Origin: Macrostomum lignano
Lineage: Eukaryota
Assembly (NCBI GenBank): GCA_002269645.1
Contig: NIVC01004122.1
Location: 1 to 59,355 of the forward strand
Length of the DNA: 59,355 nucleotides
Reading direction: 5' to 3'
Shown here: piece by piece, positions 23,641 to 33,887 of the stretch
How positions within the stretch are numbered: position 1 is the first letter of the stretch
Layout: each line of letters begins with the position of its first letter
The notes under the pieces: generated by a model
Told to the model about the DNA's origin: nothing
The model's input: only the letters and a program-made list of their open reading frames with translations
Database searches by the model: none
Made by a program: the position numbers and the translations under genes

Positions 23641-26600
23641 TTTCACTTTTCATCTTTTCCATGAAACTGATATTCTTCAAAATCCTTGCCATTAAACTGC
23701 AATCCATTGTATATCATCTCTTTCATTCAAGCTACAATCTATCAATAAATATTATCAGTTATCCCATCCCCATCATATTGCAATAATTCAAGATTCTGTT
23801 TAATGTTCAATTGAGATCATATTTTTTTTTAAGTATTGAAATTGTTTTTGGAATACTGCCTTTTTGTTTTTATATCTAAAGCAAACAACTTATGTCCCCA
23901 AACTTAGCAATCTTTATAGCAATATAAGTCTTTCTTCTTATAGTTATTGCCTATTGAAAGGCACAATAATAAAACCAATTAAAGCTTGACACTGTGCTAG
24001 CTATCTATTATAGTCTCTGTTTGCAATGTACATTGCTATGTATACTTAGCTTAATTTCCCTGTTTCAACTCATTTGAGTTGGTAGCCCTCTAAGAGGAGA
24101 TATGCATTAAACCTAGCTAGTCAATTGAACAATCCATTCAGCTTTAGATATAAGATTTTTATTTTATTTTATAAATTTATAACTAATACTATTATCTTAA
24201 TAATCATAAAGAACAAAAATCTAACTGCTTTCTTGCATCTAGTAGAAGGCCTAATATTCTTGCACTTAGTAGTAGTACTAGCAATCTAATGCTCTTCTTT
24301 GGGGCACCTAATAAAAATATGATGCAATATTTTTGAGAATCAGAATTCAGCTAGTCATTTCTTCTTTAGCATTCTTTCAATGCATTTCAAGTTGAAAATT
24401 CTATTTGACCTTTGCAAAAAAATGTTTTTTTAATATTTAATCCCTTTAAAATTGAGCAATTTGCATGTATATACCATTATAGGAAAATTTCTGATCAAAC
24501 AGTGTAAGTTTGAAGAAAATTAATTGAGCCATTTTTTAAAAAATCTATCACATAGAGACAAACAATTCACTTAAGTATTTTTAGATTATTAGCATTTTTG
24601 GCATTTGCCATTATATTATGATAAGGTGACCATGCTCTAGATATCTTTGTCTTGTATAATTAAAAAACACTAATAAATGATAGTCTATAAGTTTAAAATA
24701 TGGAGAAACATGCTTGTTTTACTTTGGCTTGTTTAATAAAAGTTTTAATGTAGAAATCTTATGCAGGTCCCCTTAATGTGCTATTAAAAATGCTATAGGG
24801 GGGCCTATTTTTAAACAACAAAAGTGCCTATTAGAACTTAAGTTAAGCTACCATATATTTAATTGGGGATTGGGAACTTAATGGTTTTGGGTTATGTAGG
24901 GTAGGCCCCTATAAAACATCATTAGGGGCCTAACCAAAAAGTTAGGTCTATATTGACATGGGTCTGAATAAAGTTTCATTACATTTTTATTTTGACACTA
25001 ATTTTTAAATTCAGACTTGTTGAATTCAGTATAAAATTATTGTTTATTAGGCATGAAACACGTGCCTTAATTTTTTCATTTGTTTACAATTTAGGCCTAG
25101 CTCTGTTCGGTTAATGATTTGATTTTGTTCGCTCTGTTCGTGACGTTCGTGTTCAGGATGGCCTACTCAAATCAAACCGAAGAAGAAATCATCAACCGAA
25201 CGCTGAAAAAAGTTGTAAATAATTCGTTTAATCCTTATGAATAAGGTCAAATTTAACACTTTTTATTAAATTGAAAACACTACTTTAACTTGTTTTTCTA
25301 TTATTTGTCCAAGAAAACAAAAAAATGTTTTAAAATACAAGCAAAACATCGAATTTTCTCTTCTTGATTTATAATCTTTTGCGAAAATCGCTACATTTCT
25401 TGCTACTGGCAGTAACGAAACGGCAAAAACCCTTGGGCCTATCTTTAAATTTCAGATCGAAAGGTCGACGAACTTTGACAGCTGGAGATTTGCCAACCGG
25501 AACGTTGCCAGCCGCTAAAATTTGCTGCAAGGAAGGTACTACGTACCAGCTCAGAGTTTCAGCAGCTGTCTAATTTTACTATTATAAGAGCTAAAGTGTA
25601 TCTATATTGTATTTATTTATTAGATTGAGCTGCATAAAAACCAGTATTGAAAAAATTAAATAAATGCAAATCAAACGAAGCGTAATGCAAACTCCGACCC
25701 CCGAAGCCTCTATAGGGGACAGTGCTGCGTCAAGGCGGTCAGAAAGTGCTGAGAGTAAAGACGGTCTCTGACTGTTTTTACCCCGGCTGCCTCTCTAGTG
25801 GCATTTCTCGGGTTGCACGCAATCCAATTGGCCTATCTCTCGGTAGCCCAATCAAAAGAGTCCTTGCCGGAGACAATGTACTCATTCTAAAAATAACCCC
25901 ATTTATTTCCAATTTTCGGCCCTCGGCCTTGGTTTAGGGGGGGGGGGTGTACCTGGAGTGGGTTGGCATTCTGGACTGCAGTGTGGCTAGAACGGGACTT
26001 GAGCCCCCCAGGTCGCACCCGCCCGCAGGAAAGACGACCATTCACTAAAGTGTACGGTAGAGCCCAGTTGATGCCAGCCCTGAGGCTGAGTCGCTGAGGT
26101 TGTGTGATCCTCCTTTGTTTTATCTCCCCTTGTTTTATCTTGGCACTTGAGCCACCCAAATATTTGGAGTTGCCAATCTCGCCTCGGTGAGCGCGCACTA
26201 TAGTCTTGGTCCACTTGCTGTCTCCTCTGGAAGTTCCCTGCTTTTATGTCTCGGCTTTCATATCTGACAGTGGATTGGAGTCCTGGGGAATAAGTTCGTC
26301 CCGAATCGGGGAATACCGGCTGAGTACGGATTCCTCTTGCTCCTTGTGCCCCTCTCCAACCCCTTGGCCTGGCCCTTATTGAGCTGGATAGCGAAAAAGC
26401 CTGAGGCTCGCAGCCCTATAGGTATTTCGAGCTCTGCTGACAGGAGACTCGCCCCTGGTAATAAGCTTCCAGACTCGCTCCAATAGATAAGCCTTTTCCG
26501 TAGACTAGGAAATTCCCTCTCTCGGACCGCTCAAGCATACTCCAATATTGTTTAGAGCTGGGTGGTGAATAAAAAAGCCTTGAGGCTAGCAGCCCTATAG

Positions 26601-27939
26601 GGGGAATTTGTACCTTTCGTCTTCTGATAGGAGTCTGGCACTTGGTAAATAGCTGCCCAGACTGGCACCAATCTAAAGCCTTTTCCGTAGACTTTGGAGT
26701 TTCCCCACTCTCGGACCGCTTTTCCAAAATTTTTCGCGCTCACACTCTGGTTGTTGGCGGTGTCTTAGTCCATAGGCTTGAGCTAGTAGTCCCAATGTTT
26801 TTGCAGGTCCCAAGCGTGGCCTCTCGGGCTATATGCCCCTGGTAGTATGGCCCACAGACAGATCCAGCGGCAGAGCCCTACTTGGGCTGATCCGTGGGGC
26901 CCCTGGCTTTCCGCCCTGGTTTTACAACAAATGCTAAGAGTAGCGGGCCTGTGTGCGTGATATTTGCAGCTGTGTACGAGCGTATATCGCCCCCATCTAG
27001 CGGTATTTCTAAGTATGATAGGGCTCCTTGGATAATGCGTAGTTATGCAAAATTACTACTGAGAAATAGGATTACTAATACATGGAAGTTTATTCACTGA
27101 AATTCATGCACAAGCGCCGATTATTAATGTACCGGAATTACGCGACGTTGTGACAATTATTTGTTTTAATGCACTGAACTTTCGGGGTAAAAATACCGCG
27201 CGCACCAATTTGAATTTTCGCGCCCTTTTACCCTGGCCTTTTGGTTTTGCCACAGATTTGGCTGGTGGTTACCCTGGTCCAACCACGGGCCTTGAATAGT
27301 TAGTTAGTGAGATATCTAGTTACGAATACTCGACATGAGTCCGAGTGATATCGAAACTCTGAATTATTGAGAATAGTTAGGTCTCAGACTTAAACGTTAA
27401 CTTGCTCTAACAAACTGTATTGGTAAGGACACAGGAGGCCGAGCATCTATTTATGTGTTTTTGCTAATTATTTGGTTGTTAATGATGAGGACGCACTTTT
27501 TTCCAAACTTCACGCTCGCACATTGGCTACAAACTTACTAGCCTACTAACGAGCTGGTCTGACAGCCACCTGCGCCTCACTCAATGCTGAGACTGGCGCC
27601 AGATAGTCTGAGAGGATACGGGTGGTAGCTTTTTTTCTCATCATTTTGACAGGTCATCAAGATTTATGAGGTCAGGGCCTATTGTTCGTGTTCACCCAAG
27701 CGTGTGACAGCTTTGACAGCTATGCGTTTTACCCCTAAAAGTACGTTGGGATTAGCGATTAGCGATTTTTCTTAATTCACTTTCTACTTAATAAGAGCTT
27801 TCTAATGTATATTTTTTCAATAATTTTAGTCATTCCTACGCAAAAGGTCATAAATGATTATGTAGCGATTTTTAGTGATTTATGACCGTACCTGTCGTAT
27901 TTTTATGGCCCCGAGGGAACTGATAGGATCTTCTGGTCA

Positions 27940-28080
27940 CGTGAGTTTGGGTGACAACAAGCTCAGCCAATCAGAAAATTCGACGTGCGTTATAACAAAT
28001 CGGCTCAGCCAATCAGCATCGAGGTGTTCCATTATAACAAATTGCGGTCCACTTGGCGGCTATTTAAACCGGTGTTTTTG
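27940..28080 (+). promoter_or_regulatory. Pol II promoter-like module (two CCAAT boxes plus TATA), possibly an LTR/TE promoter
   Basis: GCTCAGCCAATCAG..TTATAACAAAT is duplicated (CCAAT at 27967 and 28009), followed by TATTTAAA at 28061. Confidence 0.4.
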
Positions 28081-28564
28081 GCCCGCTCGGACTCTACCTC
28101 CTGCACCCCCTCCTGCTCCGCCTCCTGGGACTTTGGCCTAACTTAGACCTCCCGGAGCTCAACCGTCGTCTCTTGATCCCCGGATCGCGACTCCCCCCAT
28201 CATCATCAAGGAAGAATCCCCCGGTCGTCAGCAGCGAACATCAAGATTAAGAACATCACCTGCTACGAGCGTAGCTATCTGCGAAGATTGTGACATCAGC
28301 ATCATCCCGGGCCTACAGCTGCGAAGCACTAAGCCGATTCGGTCACTGTGGATTACCTGGTCTCCGGCTGTTGAGTTTCTGATTGGTTGGCTGAGAGGCT
28401 ACGTAGACTTGCTTGATTGGGTGATTCCTTACCTGTCCCCTATTTCAGTAGCTGGATTAGGCGCACACTTTTGCTCATTTTGTTCAGCAGTGCTGTTATC
28501 GAGGCAAAAATCATTCAATAATACTGTTAGTAGTCCGAAACTCTAATTCAATCTGAAGTGTAAA

Positions 28565-28675
28565 GTTAAATCTGACAGTCTGACAATCTGACAGTTAAAC
28601 CTGAAGGAGAAGGTTAAATCTGACAGTCTGACAATCTGACAGTTAAACCTGAAGGAGAAGGTTAAATCTGACAGT
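28565..28675. repeat. Short direct duplication (~48 bp x2) TTAAATCTGACAGTCTGACAATCTGACAGTTAAACCTGAAGGAGAAGG
   Basis: Visible tandem duplication. Confidence 0.85.
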
Positions 28676-30699
28676 TATTTTTATCAGTTTTATTTCTTTG
28701 TTCGCCGATGGCTCAGATGAGTAGCCTCAGATGAGTAGCTAAGCTAGTAGGCGCCGGTTACAGTGGACCAATGGCAAGGCAGTTCTCAGTCGATCAATCT
28801 ATCAAATCAGTTAGCAAATCGGCGCTAGAGATATACTCTGTGCACTCTAGATTCGCCAAGCGGCTCTTGTAATGAATCATGCGGCCTCTGCAGTTCGAGT
28901 TAGTCTATCATCAGCGCTACGAGAGGCTAGTTGGCGCGTTGAAGGCCAAAAGTACAATTCCTCGTATTTAGCAATGTAATAGTACATGTAGCTACCCCAT
29001 AGTCTCGCCACTGCAAGAATCCCCTGCACAAGTCCCCTCTGTACCTGCATGGCCAATGCGATCAAGTCCCAGCAGTGTCCCTTAACATCGGCTATGACTT
29101 CGAGATTGACAGCAAAAAGACACTAGTTGGCAGGCAGGTAAGTGCTAAGCCCCCTCTAGTCGGAAGCCCGATTTCGAGAGTCCCGGTTTGGTGAGCCTGA
29201 ACGCACGGGCTGGTGGCAGCGGGTTAGTTAATCTGCGGATTGGCTAATCTCTACCTTCAAAATTCTCCCTGCTTGTCTCTCGCTGTCCCTCTCTTAGCTA
29301 TAGGACCTAGACTGCTTGCCACAAGATCAAGCTACCATGGGGCTGACCATCTGACAGGAGTGGGGGGCCAGGACTCTAATAGATTTATTTCTGAGACTTG
29401 AGGCCCGAAGGCTTCCCGAAAGGGGCCGAAAAGGCCGAAACCCATCATTAAGTTTATTAATCTTAGTTCTGCTTGTGCTCTAGTTGATTTATCAGTTTAA
29501 TAGTTACATGTATATTCGTTAGTTACGGTTTCGAACTTACAATTTAAGTTATTAAGTTTTAACTAATTGAATCTTTTGCTAAGCGACTTGTCTCAGTCAA
29601 TTTAATTTATAGCTTTGATTGGTGGCAGCGAACTACCTTTCGTGATTTATTATATTTCGTGATTTATATTATAGCATTGGGATTGATTATCGAATTGAGA
29701 GGAAACACAACTTATCAAGAAATTATCGGTCGCACTCTATCAGACCATCTCAGGGTACCGCTCTTCAGCTGGTGCAGAATAAGCAGTTTTGCCTTAGGCC
29801 CAAGCATCGCAGCTACCGCTATTTAAAGTTATTTGGGATATCTGTCAGCGGAAATAGAGAGACCGCTCACTCCGTCAGCTAAGAGTTCGGGGACATTTAG
29901 CCCAGTTAATCCGAGCCAGACGCTTAGTCATTACCGGTTAAAAGTCCTGGTGATTCATAGTCTGCCGTTAGACAAAGACACCGTGGGAAAGGTAGCCCAG
30001 CGGAAATCTAGACTCATAGCGAGACCATTAGCCCAGGAGAATTCTAGGGCGGTCGAGACGATTGGCCCAATTCCGCATAGTGCCAGACCGCGGGTCCTAT
30101 CACAGCTGGCTCTCTCGGTGGATGCAAAAAGCCGGCTACGGTCTGCGAAATCCGCTGTTATTTGAAACGGCTGATGCAGTGTCTCGACATCCCGGGTTTG
30201 ATAAGCGAGGATCTGCGCGACACAATCGGCGCTCACTTGGACAGTTTGTCCTATTTAATGTTAATACAAACGGTGTCCGCACTTGAAAAAGTAATGTAAT
30301 TTTTAATTACCTACCATTACCTGAAGCAGCCCACTAGGAATTGGACGGCATTGGATGGAAGGCGGAATACTTTGACGGGCTGGTTGACCGCCCAGAACTG
30401 TGAGCTGCTCACCAGCGAGAAAATTAAAGCCATGTTTGAGATGAAGGATGCTGTGCTGGCAGAAGCGCGGTCATACAAGGACAGGTGAATTTAATTTTTT
30501 TCTAAGACTTTTTATGTCAAGGTTTAAAATTAAAGAGTTTTCTGTCATGTTAAGATTATTCGACTAATAGATTTAAAAAATGGCGCTGGCATATAACAGT
30601 GGCACTGGTATTAAAAGTGGCACTGGCATTCAAAGTGGCAAGAGTAAATCTCCCTCCATCTTATCTCTAATTGGTTGATTTTCGAGGTCGCGGTGCGCA

Positions 30700-31805
30700 G
30701 TGCCGAAACACCGTCGACCACCTGTTTGGAGTTGGATGTTAAAATCAAACATACCTACAAGTTTATTGTGGATACCGGAGCCTGATCGGTTTCCATTGTT
30801 CCACCTCACCTCGTTAACGCACTTGTTATGCAAACATTCGTTTAGTTACTGCTACCGGAGCCGCCATACAAATTCACGGGTCGGTCCTACTGGATGTTCT
30901 CAATCCCCGGTTTGCATCGCACCTTCCAGTGGACCTTCAGTAGTAAAACCCATCATTGGTTACGACTTCTTGGCTTACCATGGGTTAGTTGTCGATTACC
31001 AGCGCAAACACATTCGAGACTCAGAAACGGGACTGTCAACTGTTACCTTGTCAATTTCATATGTTCATTGTGGCCCACTCACTGAGTCGGTAGAACTGCC
31101 ACCCAACCTAGATTCTCGGACGAGCACGCTGTTGACAAATTTTGCAGATTGTTTTTTTTTCGTTGAAAGCGGAGCCCTTCCGCCAGATTCAGAGGTCAAG
31201 CATGAGACTGTTCACCGGCTAGACACTGGTAGTGGAGAACCGGTTCACTTGCGACCTTGGCAACTGCACCCTGCAAAACTGCAGGCTGCAAAGTAGGAGT
31301 TTCAGCAGTTAATTGATGCCGGCTACCTCAGACCATTCTCAAGCGCTTGGGCGTCACCCCTCTACATGGCACCCAAGGGAGCTGGCTGGCGTCCATGCGG
31401 TGTCTATCGCGAACTGAACAAACGAACAAATTCGGACAACTATCCGGTTCCACATATTCATACCTTCACTCGGTACCTACACGGAAGCACTGTGTTTTCA
31501 AAGTTAGACCTTGTTCGCGCCCTTCATCAGATTCCAGTCGCAGAAGAAGATATATGCAAAACCGCTATCACCACACCGTTTGGATTGTTCGAGTACACAC
31601 ATGCCCTTCGGCCTGAGGAATGCAGCACAAAATTTCAACGCTTCATTGACTGTTTTTTACGGACTGTCATTCATCATATCTTACATCGATGATACCCTGA
31701 TATTCTTGAGGACTCGGAAAGACCACTACTCGCATTTGGAACAGGTTTTGGACCGCCTACAAACACGGACTGCAGGTTCACTTGAAGAAATTTGAGTTCT
31801 TGAAC
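30700..31805 (+). mobile_element. Degenerate Ty3/gypsy pol fragment (protease + reverse transcriptase)
   Basis: Protease FIVDTGA at 30771; PIIG.DFL..HGL.VD; SAWASPL; YPVPHI; FSKLDL; [13 protein letters not shown]; MPFGLRNA; YIDD at 31682. It has multiple stops and frameshifts. Confidence 0.9.
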
Positions 31806-32533
31806 ATTAGACGGTGGTGGCCGTGGAGGGCCTCGTTACGCAGATCTTCGGCACCCCACGGTCCCCACTGTCGGTCCTGGGCTCGGACCCGGCCGGTGTG
31901 GTCACACTGGCTCGCGCAACCCTGCGTCACGCGAGGTGTTAGCCTGCAGCCAAAGCTGGAAGAGGCCTGTAGCTGGCTCTGCAGGCAGGAAAGAAGTTGG
32001 CAGAAGGCAGCTATCCTCACAGACAGCGCGAGCGCCCTGAAGGTAATATTCGGAAACAGCAAACACCAACACGCAGGAGAGATCAGATGGAAGCTGGAAG
32101 AGTTGAAGGAGAGGGGAAAGATTGTCGAGCTTGCCTGGATCCCAGCGCACTGCGGGCTCCCGGGAAACGAGGAGGCAGACAAAGTGGCTGCGACAGCCTG
32201 CGAGGAGGACCAGCAAGAGGCGACGGTGGGCAAGAGCGCTGTGTGACAGGCGATCGAGGCGGCAGAAGCTGAGAAAGCTAAAAAAGCTGGAGGGGCGCAC
32301 CCGCGCTGTGAAAAGACCTACAGCGGCAACCGAGCAACCATTAAGAAGACGACCTTTGAAAGCACAGGAGACGCCACCAGCTTCAGGAGAGCTAGAACTG
32401 GCCACTCGCTCGAACTGGCGAGCTACAGGAAAAGACTTGGAAAAGAAACGGACGGCATCTGCAGAAAATGCGGGCTTGAGGAGGAAAGCATCGAGCATGT
32501 CAGTGCCCAGCCACCTTCTGGAAAAGACAGGAG

Positions 32534-32791
32534 TGTTAAAGATGTTATAAGTAATCGTTTATCTTAAAATAGTCAACTTTATATTTATAGTAAGTGAATC
32601 CAAGTTTTCCTTCTAGAATTTTCTATAACAGACTGCTTAATTATATCTATGGTTTTCGACTCCCTTACCTGTACCACTAAGTTTTGTTTGAGCTACGCCA
32701 GTGCTAAATTCCATGTTAACCCTTCTTTTGCTATCTTTCTCAAAACTCAATAAACGCCGATTCATTATAATTTAACAAGGCTTTCTTAATA
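32534..32791 (+). repeat. Copia 5' LTR (TG...TA)
   Basis: Direct repeat of 36938-37195. Confidence 0.97.
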
Positions 32792-32805
32792 GGTTATGGG
32801 CCCTG
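32792..32805 (+). other. Primer-binding site of the Drosophila copia type (initiator tRNA-Met fragment)
   Basis: GGTTATGGGCCCTG directly follows the 5' LTR. Confidence 0.8.
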
Positions 32806-32945
32806 CGCCCTTCCACTGTGATCTACTGCAGTGTGAACAATAAAGCTGCTTCAGTGGCAGTGCGTCAGTCGGCGTGATTGTCAGGCTCTACCGTCTCTTA
32901 GAAAGTTCAAGCTCAGCAGTCCAGTTGTGCTGGTGGATCGACACG

Positions 32946-33887
32946 ATGTCTTTCGATGCCAAACTACTGGTTGAGAAGTTGGATAGTTCCAACTACACTG
33001 TCTGGAAGTTCAAGATGAAGAACGTCCTGATGGAGCGAGAACTTTGGGAAGTTGTTGATGGTACAGAGACACTTGCTGAGGACGCGACCAACGAGGTCAA
33101 AGTTCAGTTCAAGCGGCGTGCGAACAAAGCCCTAGCGACTATCGTATTGGCTGTTGCGGATAGTCAAATTCATCTAATTGAGGATGCAGAAACTCCGAAG
33201 GAAGCGTGGGATAAGCTTCAAGCATATTTCGAGCGGAGTTCACTGGCAAATAAATTGTTTCTTAATCGGAAACTACAAGCGCTCAAGATGGTGGAAGGTG
33301 CATCCATGCAGGAGCATGTTAATCAGTTCAAGGATATCGTCAAACGACTGTCGGCTATCGGGGCAGGTGTTCCCGAGGACTATCAAGTCACGATTCTGCT
33401 AAACAGTTTGCCGAAGTCATATGACGGGTTGATTACTGCCCTGGAATCGCGAGCGGACGACTTGACGATGAATTTCGTACTCGAGCGGCTTTTGCACAAG
33501 GAGTCAAAACGACTTGAACAGGAAAGCTGTGAACCTAGCAGCAATTCAAAGGCTCTGGTTGGATTCAAGAGGCAACAGCACCAGAGTGTCAGACCAAAAG
33601 TATGTTTTTTCTGCAATAAGCCTGGTCACATAAAGAAGCACTGTTACAAATTCAAGAATAGCCTCTCAGTGACAGGTGGATCGAACACAAATTCAAGACC
33701 ACAGGATTTGAAGAAATCCAACAGAAGGCATCAGGCGAGGATTGCAGACGCCCCAGCAAAAGACTTAAAGGACTTTTCAGCTTCAGATGAGGAAGATTCT
33801 GCATTTCCGGCGTTGTCTATGGGCACATCACGACAGCTAACGAGTCTAGTACATGGATTGTGGACTCAGGCGCAACGAATCATATGA
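32946..33887 (+). CDS. gag: Copia Gag (UBN2-type capsid region + CCHC knuckle)
   Basis: KLDSSNYTVWKFKM, A.EAWDKL, LLNSLPKSY, CFFCNKPGHIKKHC. Confidence 0.92.
   Translation: MSFDAKLLVEKLDSSNYTVWKFKMKNVLMERELWEVVDGTETLAEDATNEVKVQFKRRANKALATIVLAVADSQIHLIEDAETPKEAWDKLQAYFERSSLANKLFLNRKLQALKMVEGASMQEHVNQFKDIVKRLSAIGAGVPEDYQVTILLNSLPKSYDGLITALESRADDLTMNFVLERLLHKESKRLEQESCEPSSNSKALVGFKRQQHQSVRPKVCFFCNKPGHIKKHCYKFKNSLSVTGGSNTNSRPQDLKKSNRRHQARIADAPAKDLKDFSASDEEDSAFPALSMGTSRQLTSLVHGLWTQAQRII

Noticed and set aside
22907-23786. Leu/Ser/Phe-rich ORFs that look like membrane proteins
   Set aside because: Artefact of the CT-rich low-complexity tract.
24902-24932. Perfect 10-bp inverted repeat TAGGCCCCTA/TAGGGGCCTA
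   Set aside because: Isolated, with no associated element ends or TSD.
25755-25774. GTAAAGACGGTCTCTGACTG resembles my unverified recollection of the 5' part of a flatworm spliced leader
   Set aside because: The similarity does not extend to an ATG|GT donor or an Sm site, and the reference cannot be checked here. BLASTN against SL RNAs would settle it.
26390-26740. ~190-bp diverged direct duplication with short minus-strand ORFs (VYGKG motif twice)
   Set aside because: No recognisable domain; probably a decayed TE fragment.
29391-29445. Canonical hammerhead ribozyme
   Set aside because: CUGANGA is not adjacent to stem II, and stems I and III cannot be paired convincingly. It is kept only as a structured-element finding.
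30320-30486. Exon-like open stretch (..TGWLTAQNCELLTSEKIKAMFEMKD..) ending in a GT donor
   Set aside because: No family could be recognised and no partner exons were found.
33790-33860. Programmed ribosomal frameshift between copia gag and pol
   Set aside because: No slippery heptamer is visible and 1-bp deletions are pervasive in this sequence.
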